A stretch of 64,000 nucleotides of DNA from Alphaproteobacteria bacterium (GCA_965237415.1 CBDEFM010000002.1:2432001-2496000), one strand, 5' to 3'; positions 21,356-32,325 are shown, counted from the stretch's first letter. Numbers and translations: made by a program. The notes: a model not told the origin generated them from the letters alone.

Positions 21356-22597
21356 TCAGTCGATGCCGGTGTCGCTCTCGCGGAGGGCCTGCAAAGCCGC
21401 GTCGTCGAGATCGAGCCAGTCGCGCAGCACGGTATCGGCGTCCTCGCCCAGCATCGGGGCTGCGCGCGGATAGTCGACCGGCGTCTCCGAAAACTTGATC
21501 GGGTTCGCGGGATAGTCCACCTCGACGCCGAGGCTGTGCGGGATGCTCACCTTCATGCCCCGCGCCTGAACCTGCGGGTTGGCGAAGACTCTATCGAGGG
21601 TGTTGATCGGCCCGCAGGGGACGCCCACCGGCTCCAGCAGGGCGCTCCACTCGTCCATCGTCCGCTGCCGCGTGATGTCGTTCAATGTGGCGATCAGCTC
21701 CACGCGGTTGCGCAGGCGGCCGATGTTGGTCGCGAAGCGCGGGTCTTCGGCAATCTCCGGGCGGCCGGCCACCGCGCAGAATTTGCGGAGCTGGCTGTTG
21801 TTGCCGATGGCAAGCGCGAAGTGACCGTCGCGGGTGGGGAAGACGCCGTAGGGCACGATGTTCTGGTGCTCGTTGCCGGCGCGGGACGGCGCCTCGCCCC
21901 CGATCAGATAGTTCATGGCCTGGTTCGCGAGCCACGCCACCTGCGTGTCCAAGAGCGCGAGGTCGATGTGCTGGCCGCGCCCGGTCCGTTCGCGGCTCGC
22001 GAGCGCGGCGAGGATTGCGGTCGACGCATACATGCCCGTCATCAGGTCGGCGGCGGCGACACCCACTTTTTGCGGCCCGCCGCCGGGCAGGTCGTCCCGC
22101 TCGCCGGTGATGCTCATGATGCCGCCCATGGCCTGCGCAATCAGATCGTAGCCGGTGCGGCGCGCGTAGGGCCCCGACTGGCCGAAGCCGGTGATCGAAC
22201 AGTAGATGAGGCGCGGGTTGAGCGCCGCAAGGGCGGGGTAGTCGAGGCCGTACTTGGCGAGGCCGCCCACTTTGTAGTTCTCGATGAGGATATCGGCGCG
22301 TGCGGCGAGCCGCTTGACCACCGCCTGCCCTTCGGGCGTGGCGATGTTGAGGGTGATCGAGCGCTTTCCCCGGTTGGCCGACATGTAATAGGCGGCATCG
22401 CTGGTCTCGGCCCCGCTCGCGTCGCGGAGGAAGGGCGGACCCCAGGCTCGCGTGTCATCGCCCGTACCCGGCCGCTCGACCTTGACGACGTCGGCACCGA
22501 AATCGGCCAGCAGCTGGCCCGCCCAGGGGCCTGCGAGGATGCGGCTGAGGTCGAGCACTTTGAGGCCGACCAGCGGGCCGGTTCTGGGCTGATTCAT
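21356..22597 (-). CDS. CaiB/BaiF family class III CoA-transferase
   Basis: VLDLSRILAGP, GADVVKVE, NRGKRSITL, GYDLIAQAMGGIMS. Confidence 0.93.
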   Translation of the reverse strand: MNQPRTGPLVGLKVLDLSRILAGPWAGQLLADFGADVVKVERPGTGDDTRAWGPPFLRDASGAETSDAAYYMSANRGKRSITLNIATPEGQAVVKRLAARADILIENYKVGGLAKYGLDYPALAALNPRLIYCSITGFGQSGPYARRTGYDLIAQAMGGIMSITGERDDLPGGGPQKVGVAAADLMTGMYASTAILAALASRERTGRGQHIDLALLDTQVAWLANQAMNYLIGGEAPSRAGNEHQNIVPYGVFPTRDGHFALAIGNNSQLRKFCAVAGRPEIAEDPRFATNIGRLRNRVELIATLNDITRQRTMDEWSALLEPVGVPCGPINTLDRVFANPQVQARGMKVSIPHSLGVEVDYPANPIKFSETPVDYPRAAPMLGEDADTVLRDWLDLDDAALQALRESDTGID

Positions 22598-22606
22598 GGG
22601 TAATGC

Positions 22607-23182
22607 CTAGGTGTGGTCCGCTGTGGGGTCCGCGTCGCCGGGGACAATGCCCAGCGCGCGGAGGTTCTCTTGCGTGGTGTGATCGAAGGCGATACCGCAA
22701 TCCGCCGCCGCGTGGACGGCGCGGCGCACGATCAGCTCGAACCCTTCGATCTGCGAATCGATTCTGAGATTCCGTCGCCCGGCCTTGAGGGTGAGCTGCA
22801 TCCACCCGCGCTCCCGGTTCCGCCTGGTGGCGTAATAGCCGAGCGTGCAGCGGGTCAGCCGGTCCCAGGGCAGGTGCCGGCGCATGAGGCCCTCCACGAC
22901 AAGCCCCTCTTCATTCACCCTCAGGCACGTCCGATGCCGGAGCGCGGTGCGGGCGCCGTAGGCGGCGAAGAGCGCGGCGAGCCCGCCAAGCACCCAGGCG
23001 GCTGGTCCGGAGGGCGCCGTGCCCGCGAGGGGCCCAAGTGTGAAGAGCAGACCGAGTCCGGCGTAGAGGTAGTCCAACAGCACGGCGCGCGCGGGATAGC
23101 GGTGGCGGCTCTCCCCCGCCTCGGCTGCCCGCATCTCCTCGAGGGCGGACTCAGGGGCGGTCTCCGGGACGGGCGCGCTCAC
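22607..23182 (-). CDS. Hypothetical membrane protein (two TM plus PH-like C-terminus)
   Basis: 3' part of ORF 22607..24277; GTG overlaps the ligase stop (GTGA); two hydrophobic helices then beta-rich region. Confidence 0.65.
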   Translation of the reverse strand: MSAPVPETAPESALEEMRAAEAGESRHRYPARAVLLDYLYAGLGLLFTLGPLAGTAPSGPAAWVLGGLAALFAAYGARTALRHRTCLRVNEEGLVVEGLMRRHLPWDRLTRCTLGYYATRRNRERGWMQLTLKAGRRNLRIDSQIEGFELIVRRAVHAAADCGIAFDHTTQENLRALGIVPGDADPTADHT

Positions 23183-24819
23183 CCTGCGCGCCCCAACCGC
23201 TCGCGCCTGATGCGAACGCCGGCGGCCTCGCGGTCCCAGCTGTCCGGCGTGACGCCCTCTGCCCGCAATCTGTGCTTCTCGATCTTCTCGGTCGGCGTCT
23301 TCGGCAGGGCATCCACGATGCGCACGTAGCGCGGGATCATGAAGTGGGCGAGGCGCGGCTCGAGGAACGCCAGCAGCGCCGCCGGATCGAGTTCCTGCCC
23401 CGGCAGCAGCGCGACCACCGCCATGACCTCGTCCTCGCCCAGCTCGCTCGGCACCGGGATCACGGCGGCCTCGCGCACCGCCGGATGGGCTGCGACCTCG
23501 GTCTCGACCTCCAGCGAAGAGATGTTCTCGCCGCGGCGGCGGATCGTGTCCTTCAGGCGATCGACGAAGTAGAGATTGCCGTCCTCGTCCATGCGGCCGG
23601 CATCGCCGGTGTGGAACCACCCGTTGCGCCAGGCCCGCGCCGTGGCCTCCGGTTCCTTGTAGTAGCCGTGGTTGATGGCCCATGGCGTGTCGGCGCGCAC
23701 CACGATCTCGCCCACGGCGCCCGTCGGCACCTCGCAGTCGTTGACGTCGACCACGCGGAGCTCGCAACCGGGCCGTACCCGGCCGGCGCTCCCTGGCACG
23801 GTCATGGGCACGGTGGTCATCACCGGGCAGCAGAGCTCGGTCATGTTGTAGATCGAATAGACCTCGACGCCGAAGCGCTCCATGAACGCGTCCACGTCGT
23901 TCACAAGCGGCACCATGCCGACCGTGCGCAAGGGGTGGTCGCGGTCGTCCGGCGTGGGCGGTTCCTTCTCCAGGAACGACGCCATGACGCCGAGCATGAA
24001 CACCGACGTCACCCCGGTGCGCCGCACCGTCTCCCAGAACAACTGTGTCTTGAAATACTCGACCAGCGTGATCGACGCGTGCTGGCAAAGCATTCCGTAG
24101 GCGATGGTCGCGCCGCCGAGATGGAAGAGCGGCAGGCTGATGAGGTAGCGGTCCTCCGGCGTGATGAAGCGCCACGTATCGGGTCCGAAGTTCGAGAAGG
24201 CGTGGCAATAGGAGCTGAGCACCGCCTTGGACGGCCCCGTGGTGCCGGAGGTGAAGATGATCGATTGGGTGTCCCACGGCTCGATCGGTCGCTCGAGCGG
24301 GTCCAGCGTCCCGCCTTCGGGGTGAAGCGCGGCCTCACCCAAGGCTGCGAGACCCTCGATGGCAGGCGGCGGGCCGCCGACGGCTACCAGGGTCTCCAGA
24401 TCGACGCGGCCGACTGTGGCAAGCCTGGGCGCGAGCTCCGCATGGGCGACGATGATGCGGGCGTCGGAGCGCGCCACGACATGCTCCAACAGCCGGCCCT
24501 TGTAGGCCGTGTTGATGGGCACGTAGACGGCACCCATGTAGTTGGAGCCCAGGAAGATTCGAAGCGCGTCTGCGCCGTTGGGCAGCCATGAGAGCACGTG
24601 GTCGCCCTGGCGCAAGCCGAGCGCCTGCAGGCCGATGGCGGTCTGGATCACCTCGGCGCGGGTGCGCGCGTAACTCCACGCCGTGCCGTCCTCGAAGACA
24701 CAAAAGATCTTGCCCGGCGTCGCCGCAGCGAGCCGGTCGAGCAGGTAGCGCAGCACGCACCTGTCCGCTGCCGGGACCCGCGGATCGCTGTGAGACGCCG
24801 CCCTATGTTCCACGACCAT
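23179..24819 (-). CDS. Acyl-CoA ligase (CaiC-like, AMP-binding)
   Basis: IFTSGTTGPSK, YNMTE, WFHTGD, DRLKDTIRRRGENIS, LPKTPTEK. Confidence 0.92.
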   Translation of the reverse strand: MVVEHRAASHSDPRVPAADRCVLRYLLDRLAAATPGKIFCVFEDGTAWSYARTRAEVIQTAIGLQALGLRQGDHVLSWLPNGADALRIFLGSNYMGAVYVPINTAYKGRLLEHVVARSDARIIVAHAELAPRLATVGRVDLETLVAVGGPPPAIEGLAALGEAALHPEGGTLDPLERPIEPWDTQSIIFTSGTTGPSKAVLSSYCHAFSNFGPDTWRFITPEDRYLISLPLFHLGGATIAYGMLCQHASITLVEYFKTQLFWETVRRTGVTSVFMLGVMASFLEKEPPTPDDRDHPLRTVGMVPLVNDVDAFMERFGVEVYSIYNMTELCCPVMTTVPMTVPGSAGRVRPGCELRVVDVNDCEVPTGAVGEIVVRADTPWAINHGYYKEPEATARAWRNGWFHTGDAGRMDEDGNLYFVDRLKDTIRRRGENISSLEVETEVAAHPAVREAAVIPVPSELGEDEVMAVVALLPGQELDPAALLAFLEPRLAHFMIPRYVRIVDALPKTPTEKIEKHRLRAEGVTPDSWDREAAGVRIRRERLGRAG

Positions 24820-24902
24820 TGCTCGCTCGTTGCCTGCTATCTCAGACGGCCCCCTTGTAGCCCGGAGCCGGTCCACGATTAACCCGGATTCCTCATCGCC
24901 GT

Positions 24903-26045
24903 TCAGGCGTCGGTGAGCGCGGCGTCGAGGGCGTGCTGGAGGGTGGCGGCGGCAGTTTCCAAGCCGTGGTGGTCGCGCACCCGTGCCGCCGCGGCCGCGC
25001 TCATTGCGCGACGCTTCTCGGCATTCGTCGAGAGCTCGACCGCCGCGCCCGCGAAGGCCACATCGTCGTTGCGCGGCGTGAGCAGCCCGGTCTCGCGATC
25101 GGCGACGACGGCGGCAGCGCCGGGCCAGTCCTGGGCTACCACCGGGAGACCGGCGGCCTCTGCCGCCAGAACCGCCATGCTGAGGGCTTCCCGATATGCC
25201 GGCCAGACATAGACGTCGCAGGCCGCGTAGACCTCCGGCAGCGCTTCGTCTGGCCAGGCACCGGCGAAGACCGCGCGGCCCGGCCCGAGCGGCTCCAGCG
25301 CCTCCTCCACCAGCGTGCGGGCCTCGCCCTCGCCGACCGCGAGGAGCTGCCAGGGCGGGTCGGCGATGAGGCCGAGCGAGCGGCCCAGCAGACGCCAGGA
25401 AGCGAGCGCGTCGCCGGGGCGCATGGGTGCGACTGCCAGCAGCCAGGGGCAGGCGGGGTCGAGCGGCAGCGTCGTCGCGAGTGCACGCCGGGCGGCATCG
25501 CGCTCGGCTGCCCGGTAAGGCGCAGGGTCGAGGAAGGGCGCGAGCCTGTAGAGCCGTGCAACGCTCGCGACCAGGGGCCTGATGCTCTCCTCGTCCTCGG
25601 CCGTGAGCGAGAGCACCGCTCGCGCCCGTGCGATGGCGCGGGCCGTGTACGAGAGCCCGCGCCCATGAGCGCCGCCGGCCTCCGCCCGCGCGCAGGATGC
25701 GCCCACCAGCAGGTAGGGAATGGCAAGAGTCTCGGCCACGACGGGGCCGATCAGGTCCGGCGCCGCGTGATGGAGGTGGCAGGTAAGCCACGCGTCGGGC
25801 CGCGCGACGGTCGGCAGATCGCGGTACGTGGCGACGAGGCGGGTCACGTGCTTGGCGGCCTTTCGCTCCAGCGCCGCCTGCCTGCGGCCCTCTTCGTGGC
25901 CCTCGTCACTGCGAAACTCGGAGGGCGCAAACGCTTGATGACCGACAAGATCGAGTGCCCGCGCGAGCAGGTGCACCAGAGCCGGTCCGCCCCATGCCGT
26001 GGTCGAATGGGGATGATCCGTCGGTGTGTAGAGCGCGATCCGCAT
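24903..26045 (-). CDS. Glycosyltransferase family 4
   Basis: MRIALYTP, YAACDVYVWPAYREALSMAVLAAEAAGLPVV GT-B motif. Confidence 0.85.
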   Translation of the reverse strand: MRIALYTPTDHPHSTTAWGGPALVHLLARALDLVGHQAFAPSEFRSDEGHEEGRRQAALERKAAKHVTRLVATYRDLPTVARPDAWLTCHLHHAAPDLIGPVVAETLAIPYLLVGASCARAEAGGAHGRGLSYTARAIARARAVLSLTAEDEESIRPLVASVARLYRLAPFLDPAPYRAAERDAARRALATTLPLDPACPWLLAVAPMRPGDALASWRLLGRSLGLIADPPWQLLAVGEGEARTLVEEALEPLGPGRAVFAGAWPDEALPEVYAACDVYVWPAYREALSMAVLAAEAAGLPVVAQDWPGAAAVVADRETGLLTPRNDDVAFAGAAVELSTNAEKRRAMSAAAAARVRDHHGLETAAATLQHALDAALTDA

Positions 26046-26157
26046 GTCACGGTGCAGCACGAGTTCTGCGGCACGGCGCAGCGGTGGACGTATTGGCGTT
26101 TGCGCCGGGCTCCCTCCATCGGCGATCATCCGGCGCCAGCAACAGGGAGGAACCCCG

Positions 26158-26865
26158 GTGACCGAGACACCCCTCAACGAGGCCGAGTTGGCTGCATTGC
26201 GCGCCTATGACACGCCCACGATCTGCAACGCGCTCGAAATCGTCTGCCCCGAGCGCCGCGCCCTCGGCTTCACGACCGAGACGCTGATCTGCTCCTTCCC
26301 GGCGCTTGAGCCGATGGTGGGCTATGCGCGGACCGCCACGATCCGCGCGATGGAGAAGCCTACGAAGGATGGCGATGCGATGACCGCCGACCGTGTGGCC
26401 TACTACCGCTATGTGGAGGAAGGCCACCAACCCTCGATCATGGTCATCCAGGACATCGACTCCCGGCCCGGCGCAGCCGCCTGGTGGGGCGAGGTGCATT
26501 CCGCCGTGCACCAGGCCTTGGGCTGCCTCGGCGTCGTGACCAACGGCGCCGTGCGCGATCTCGACATGATCGCGGACGGCTTCCAGTTCCTCTCCGGCAC
26601 GGTGGTGCCCTCCCATGCCTGGGTCCATCTGGTCAGCCACGGCGAGACGGTGGACATCTGCGGCATGGTGACGCTCACGGGCGACCTCGTGCACGCCGAT
26701 CGCCACGGCGCGGTGATCATCCCCCACGAGGCGGCGCGCGATGTTCCGGCGGCGGCCGAGCTCTGCATGCGCCGGGAGGCGCCGATCCTCGCGGCGTGCA
26801 AGGAACCCGGCTTCTCGGCGGCGGTGATGGAGCGGGTCTTGCGCGAGGCGAAGGAGATTCACTAG
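26158..26865 (+). CDS. RraA family / HMG aldolase-like protein
   Basis: DTPTICNALE, WWGEV, VTNGAVRD, GDLVHADRHG; GGGAGG RBS. Confidence 0.85.
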   Translation: MTETPLNEAELAALRAYDTPTICNALEIVCPERRALGFTTETLICSFPALEPMVGYARTATIRAMEKPTKDGDAMTADRVAYYRYVEEGHQPSIMVIQDIDSRPGAAAWWGEVHSAVHQALGCLGVVTNGAVRDLDMIADGFQFLSGTVVPSHAWVHLVSHGETVDICGMVTLTGDLVHADRHGAVIIPHEAARDVPAAAELCMRREAPILAACKEPGFSAAVMERVLREAKEIH

Positions 26866-27635
26866 CTCGGAGCAGCCGTCCGGGAGGCAGCCCGCGCCCG
26901 CGTCGCCTCGCCGAAGGCACCGAAGATCGCCATCGAGAACGGGTCGTCCGTGACCTTCCATTCGGGGTGCCATTGAACGCCGAGCGCGAATGAGGAGGCG
27001 TCGCTGACCCGCACGGCCTCGATCTGACCGTCAGGCGCGGTCGCCTCGACCACGAGCGGCGGGGCGAGGCGATCGATCCCTTGCGCGTGCAGCGAGTTGA
27101 CCGCGACCTCCGGCGCGGGCCAGAGCGAGGCCAGCAGGCCGCCGGCGGCAAGGGTCACGTCGTGGGCCGGCCCGTACTGCACGTCGCGGGGCTGGCCGTC
27201 GTCCGAGCGATGATCGATCCGCCCCGGCACGCGGTGAACAGCTTGGTGGAGACTGCCGCCGAGCGCGACGTTGAGCTCCTGCACGCCGCGGCAGATACAG
27301 AAGATGGGAATGCCCCGCTCGATCGCATTGCGGATCAGCGGCAGGGTCGTCGCGTCCCGCTCGGGATCGTGGAGCGTGCCATCGGCGCTCGGCGGCCCGT
27401 CGTAGCGGGCGGGTTCCACGTTCGACGGGCTGCCGGTGAAGAGCAGGCCGTCGAAACGGTCGAGGACGGTATCGACGTCCAGCGCCGCGCCGAACGCGGG
27501 CACCGTCAAGGGCAGGCCGCCGGCAGCCTCGGCAACCGCCCGCATGTACTTGTCGCCGACGACATGGAACGGGTGGATGCCGATCTCCCGCGCGCACGCG
27601 GGTATGCCGATCAGCGGAACCGGCGGTACGGTCAT
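26862..27635 (-). CDS. puuD: Gamma-glutamyl-GABA hydrolase family (peptidase C26)
   Basis: DGLLFTGSPSNV, CICRGVQELNV, VNSLHAQG, GVQWHPEW. Confidence 0.88.
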   Translation of the reverse strand: MTVPPVPLIGIPACAREIGIHPFHVVGDKYMRAVAEAAGGLPLTVPAFGAALDVDTVLDRFDGLLFTGSPSNVEPARYDGPPSADGTLHDPERDATTLPLIRNAIERGIPIFCICRGVQELNVALGGSLHQAVHRVPGRIDHRSDDGQPRDVQYGPAHDVTLAAGGLLASLWPAPEVAVNSLHAQGIDRLAPPLVVEATAPDGQIEAVRVSDASSFALGVQWHPEWKVTDDPFSMAIFGAFGEATRARAASRTAAPS

Positions 27636-27648
27636 GGCGGCTCAGCTA

Positions 27649-29001
27649 TCACGGGGCGTGGCCCGAGGGCAAGAAGCCGCCCCGTCGCTGGATGCGCACA
27701 TAGATCGCACCGAGACCGATGCCGCGCACCGCGTAGAGCAGCGTCATCGCGAGCCACAACCCGTGATTGCCCATCGGCTCGCGCAGAAGCCAGGCGCAGG
27801 GCACAAAGACGAAGAAGGCCAGCATCATCGTGTTTCGCATGTCGGCGGTGCGCGTGGTGCCGGTGAACACGCCGTCGAAGAAGATGCCCCAGACAGCCAC
27901 CAGCGGAAGCACAATCAGCCAGGGAAGGAAGTCGTAGGCGACGGCGCGCACATCCTCGATATCGGTGAGCACGCGGACAATCGGCGCGCCGGCCGCACCG
28001 TAGATGGCGACGGTGAGGAGGGCGAGCAGAAGGCACCAGAGGAGGCAGGCCCGGATGGCGCGGGCGAGATCCCCACGCCGCCCGGCACCGAGCGCGCGGC
28101 CGGTGAGCGCCTCGGCCGCGAAGGCGAAGCCATCGAACGCAAAATTAAAGAAGATGACGAAGTTGAGCAGCACCGCGTTCGCAGCCAGCACCACGTCGCC
28201 CTGGCGCGCGCTGAGCGTGGTGAAGAGCGCGAACGCCGTGATCACGAAGAGGGTGCGCAGGAAGATATCGCGGTTGGTGCCGAGGAAGCGCCGCATGGCG
28301 GCGGCATCGAGGACGAGGCGCGCGCGCCAGTGGCCGCCATGGCGGCGGGCGAGGCGGGCGGTGACGGCGACACCGAGGATCAGCCCGGCATAGTCGGCGG
28401 CCACCGTGGCCCAGGCGACGCCGGCGACAGCGAGGTCGAAGCCCAGCACCAGCACCAGGTCGAGCACGATGTTGATCCCGTTCACCGTCAACAGCAGCGC
28501 GAGCGCGGCGCGGGTGTTCTGCATCCCGATGAACCAGCCGACGAGCGCGATGTTGGCGAGTGTCGCAGGCGCACCCCAGATGCGGATGAAGAAGTAACGC
28601 ATGCCTTCGCCGGCGACCGCCTCGCTCGGCTCGACCAGATAGAAGGCGAGCCAGCCGATCGGCCCTTGCAACGCGAGCAGCGCCGCCGCGAGCACGAGGG
28701 CAATCAGGAACGCGCGGGCAAGCGTGGCGCGGGCGGCGTCGAAGTCGCGGGCACCGAAAGCCTGGGCGGTGAGCCCCGTGGTGCCCATGCGCAGGAAATT
28801 GCAGCCGAAATAGAGTGTGTTGAAGATCAGCGCGCCGACCGCGACCGCGCCGAGAAAATGCGGCTCGGGCAGATGGCCGATCACCGCCGTATCCACCGCG
28901 CCGAGCAGCGGAACCGACAGGTTGGAGACGACCATCGGCCAGGCCAGGCGCCAGACCCGCCGATGCCAGGCCCACTCACGCATCAACGGAGACCGCCGCA
29001 T
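27649..29001 (-). CDS. MATE family efflux transporter (DinF-like)
   Basis: SNLSVPLLGAVDTAVIGH, FLRMGTTGLTAQ, about 12 TM. Confidence 0.92.
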   Translation of the reverse strand: MRRSPLMREWAWHRRVWRLAWPMVVSNLSVPLLGAVDTAVIGHLPEPHFLGAVAVGALIFNTLYFGCNFLRMGTTGLTAQAFGARDFDAARATLARAFLIALVLAAALLALQGPIGWLAFYLVEPSEAVAGEGMRYFFIRIWGAPATLANIALVGWFIGMQNTRAALALLLTVNGINIVLDLVLVLGFDLAVAGVAWATVAADYAGLILGVAVTARLARRHGGHWRARLVLDAAAMRRFLGTNRDIFLRTLFVITAFALFTTLSARQGDVVLAANAVLLNFVIFFNFAFDGFAFAAEALTGRALGAGRRGDLARAIRACLLWCLLLALLTVAIYGAAGAPIVRVLTDIEDVRAVAYDFLPWLIVLPLVAVWGIFFDGVFTGTTRTADMRNTMMLAFFVFVPCAWLLREPMGNHGLWLAMTLLYAVRGIGLGAIYVRIQRRGGFLPSGHAP

Positions 29002-29050
29002 CAGACCCTTCTACCGGCGGGAGGGCGGGCAGCCAGGCTGCACCGGACGA

Positions 29051-29710
29051 TCAGCGGTTCAGGGGGGTCTTGGTGCGCGGATCGTCAAACACGAAGAGCC
29101 CGCGCGGCAGTCTGATATTGGTTTCGAGATCGTGCAGGGTGACGGCGGTGACCAACCCCTGGGCGTCGGTCACTCGCCATTGAATCAGGCGCAGAGGGTC
29201 GGCGCTCAGGACCAGAGTCAAGCTCCCGCCGCGGGGGTCGTCCTCGTGCACCACGGTGATCTTGATCAGCCCGTCGTTCTCCGCGAATGCCGTAACCTCC
29301 AGGTCCTCGCCGAAGCGAGTCTCCTCCCTCGTGAGCGCGCCAAGCGGGGTTTCGTAAATGAACCAGTCGTTGACCTGGCCGAGCTCCATGTCGTGATAGT
29401 GGATCCAGAGGCCATCGCCCACGATCAGCACCGGCACCGGCGGTGCGTATTCCACGCGCAGCAACCCGGGCCTTTGCATATAGATGACCCCTTCGGCGGG
29501 CTCGCCCTGAGGCCCGATCTGCGAGAAGTTCGCCTTCAGGGATTGGAGCCCATCGAGATAGCGCTCGACGGCGGCGAGCGTTTCCTGCGCCGCCCCGTCG
29601 AGGGCGGCAAAATCTGACTCCTGAGCCTGCGTGGGCTGGGCGGCGACAAGCCACACGGCGAGCATGGGTGCGAGGCAGAGCAGCGCAGCAGCGCGGATCA
29701 ACATCGGCAT
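29051..29710 (-). CDS. lolA: Outer-membrane lipoprotein carrier protein
   Basis: Signal peptide, ANFSQ, QRPGLLRVEY, ETPLG; downstream of ftsK. Confidence 0.88.
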   Translation of the reverse strand: MPMLIRAAALLCLAPMLAVWLVAAQPTQAQESDFAALDGAAQETLAAVERYLDGLQSLKANFSQIGPQGEPAEGVIYMQRPGLLRVEYAPPVPVLIVGDGLWIHYHDMELGQVNDWFIYETPLGALTREETRFGEDLEVTAFAENDGLIKITVVHEDDPRGGSLTLVLSADPLRLIQWRVTDAQGLVTAVTLHDLETNIRLPRGLFVFDDPRTKTPLNR

Positions 29711-29761
29711 GGTTTGGAATGTAGGGTGCGTGGGCCGCGCAAACAATCGCTAGCCCGGAAT

Positions 29762-32185
29762 TCAGCTGGCGGAGTGGTCGGAGACCAACACCTCGCGCTT
29801 GCCGACATGGTTGGCCTGGCTGACCACCCCTTCGCTCTCCATCCGCTCGATGATGCGGGCGGCGCGGTTGTAGCCGATCTGGAGATGGCGCTGAACGAAG
29901 CTGGTCGAGGCCTTGCGCTCCGCCGCCACGAGCGCCACGGCCCGGTCGTAGAGCGGATCCTGCTCCGCGTCCTCGCCGACCCCGGCGGCGGCCGCTTCGG
30001 GCTCCTCGGTGATGCCCTCGACATAGTTCGGCCGCCCGGTGGCGCGCAGGAAGTCGGTCACCCGCTCGACCTCGGCATCGCTCACGAAGGGCCCGTGTAC
30101 CCGCGTCACGCGACCGCCGGGGCCGAGATAGAGCATGTCGCCCTGGCCCAGCAGCTGCTCGGCGCCGGCGTCGCCGAGGATGGTGCGGCTGTCGATCTTG
30201 GACGTGACCTGGAAGCTGATCCGCGTCGGGAAGTTGGCCTTGATCGTGCCGGTGATGACATCGACCGAGGGCCGCTGCGTGGCCATGATCAAATGGATGC
30301 CGGCGGCGCGGGCCATCTGCGCAAGCCGCTGCACCGCGCCCTCGATGTCCTTACCGGCGACGAGCATGAGATCGGCCATCTCGTCCACCACCACGACGAT
30401 TAACGGCATCGCCGTGAGGTCGATCTCGAATTCCTCGTGGATCGGGGCGCCGGTCTCGGCGTCCATGCCGACATTGAGGCGCCAGGTCAGTCGCTCGCCC
30501 TTCTCGCGGGCTTCCGCCAGGCGCTTGTTGTAGCCCGAGATATTGCGCACCCCGAGCTTCGACATCGCCTTGTAGCGGGTCTCCATCTCCCGCACCGCCC
30601 ACTTCAGCGCGACGACAGCCTTGCTGGGCTCGGTCACCACCGGCGTGAGCAGGTGCGGGATGTCGTCGTAGACCGAGAGCTCGAGCATCTTGGGGTCGAT
30701 CAGGATCAGCTTGCACTGATCAGGCGTCAGCCGATAGAGGAGCGACAGGATCATGCTGTTGATCGCGACCGACTTGCCCGAGCCGGTAGTGCCGGCGACC
30801 AGCAGGTGGGGCATGCGCGCGAGGTCGGCAACCACGGGGTTGCCGCCGATATCCTTGCCGAGCGCGAGGGCGAGGCTGGAATCGGTGTTCTCGAAGTTGG
30901 CGCTCGCCAGCAACTCCCGCAACACCACGGTCTCGCGTTCACCGTTGGGCAACTCAATGCCGATGACGCTCCGCCCCGGGATTGTCGCGGCGCGAACCGA
31001 AATCGCGCTCATCGAGCGTGCGATGTCGTCGGCGAGCCCGATTACCCGCGAGGTTCGCGTGCCGGGCTGCGGTTCGAGCTCGTAGAGCGTGACTACCGGC
31101 CCGGGCCTGACCTGGGTGATCTCGCCGAAGACCCGGAAATCCTCGAGAACGGAGACCAGCATCTCCGCGTTCTGCCGCAGCGCTTCGTTGCTCACGCTGC
31201 GTGCGACGCCGGCGCCATCCGCATCGGCCAGCAGCGCCAGCGCCGGCAACGCGTATACCTCATTGTCTTCCAGATCGAGGTCGGGCTGACGCTCCTTCCT
31301 TTCCCGCTTGCCGGGTTTCACCTTGCGCCGGCGCTTCTCGACGATGCTGGGCTCCGGCGGCTGCTCCTCGACCTCGCCCGGCGCCCGCGGCAGCAGGCTC
31401 GGCTCTCGCCGGTGCGCGCGATCCGCCGTCGCCTCCGAGCGTTCGCTGCGACGCAGCCGGTGTGCGCGGACAGGTTTCTCGTCATCCGCGGTGCGCTCTA
31501 CACGCTCGCCGCGATCGCCGGACCTGCCGTAAACCCAGCGGGCAAGCCACACAGCGCCGCGCAGCGTGCGCCGCAGGACCCAGTAGGCGCTGCGCATCAA
31601 CACGCGCCATTCCCGCCACGGCACCCCGAGTGCTATCACCAGCGCAAGGGCAGCGGCGATCAGGAACACCGCGCCGATACCGGCCGTGACCATCTCGGCG
31701 CCACCGAGCCCCAAGGTACTCAGCTGAGACAACAGGACCCCGCCGGCAGCTCCGCCCGCCCCGCCGGCGGCCGGCCAGTCGGCCACGCCCAACGATGCGC
31801 AGCCTGCGGCGGTGAGCAGGACCGCTAGCGGCACGAGGGCGAATCTCAGCGGCTTCCGCGTGAGACCGCGGTGGCTGAGCAGCCCCCAGGCCCAGGCACC
31901 GAGGATCAGCGGCAACAGGCCTGCGGCGAGGCCGAGCCACTGCAGCAGCAGGTCTGCGCCGTAGGCACCGGGGCGGCCGATCAGATTGGCCGGTGCGGCG
32001 CCACTCGCGCTGTTGAAGGAGGGATCCACCGCCGAATAGGTGACCAGCGACGCCCCGATGATGACGGCGAGGCCGGCGAGCGCAAGCCCGGCGAGTTCGC
32101 CCAAACGTCGGGCGAAGAATGTCCCCGAGCCCGAAGGCAGGAGTGGCGTGCGCCCGTCGCGTGCGGTGTTTGCTACCAACTGCAA
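29762..32185 (-). CDS. ftsK: DNA translocase FtsK
   Basis: N-terminal TM domain, MPHLLVAGTTGSGKS, ATQRPSVDVITG, gamma domain IGYNRAARII. Confidence 0.97.
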   Translation of the reverse strand: MQLVANTARDGRTPLLPSGSGTFFARRLGELAGLALAGLAVIIGASLVTYSAVDPSFNSASGAAPANLIGRPGAYGADLLLQWLGLAAGLLPLILGAWAWGLLSHRGLTRKPLRFALVPLAVLLTAAGCASLGVADWPAAGGAGGAAGGVLLSQLSTLGLGGAEMVTAGIGAVFLIAAALALVIALGVPWREWRVLMRSAYWVLRRTLRGAVWLARWVYGRSGDRGERVERTADDEKPVRAHRLRRSERSEATADRAHRREPSLLPRAPGEVEEQPPEPSIVEKRRRKVKPGKRERKERQPDLDLEDNEVYALPALALLADADGAGVARSVSNEALRQNAEMLVSVLEDFRVFGEITQVRPGPVVTLYELEPQPGTRTSRVIGLADDIARSMSAISVRAATIPGRSVIGIELPNGERETVVLRELLASANFENTDSSLALALGKDIGGNPVVADLARMPHLLVAGTTGSGKSVAINSMILSLLYRLTPDQCKLILIDPKMLELSVYDDIPHLLTPVVTEPSKAVVALKWAVREMETRYKAMSKLGVRNISGYNKRLAEAREKGERLTWRLNVGMDAETGAPIHEEFEIDLTAMPLIVVVVDEMADLMLVAGKDIEGAVQRLAQMARAAGIHLIMATQRPSVDVITGTIKANFPTRISFQVTSKIDSRTILGDAGAEQLLGQGDMLYLGPGGRVTRVHGPFVSDAEVERVTDFLRATGRPNYVEGITEEPEAAAAGVGEDAEQDPLYDRAVALVAAERKASTSFVQRHLQIGYNRAARIIERMESEGVVSQANHVGKREVLVSDHSAS

Positions 32186-32325
32186 CCCCGGCGTGCGTGT
32201 CCTACCGAATCGAACACCGCGTTACGTTACAGAGGCTTATATAGTCCAGCTACGGGGAAGTCAAAACTACGAATTTGGACCAAACCGAGTACTAACAACC
32301 CGGCACCTGCAATTGTGGCCTGTCG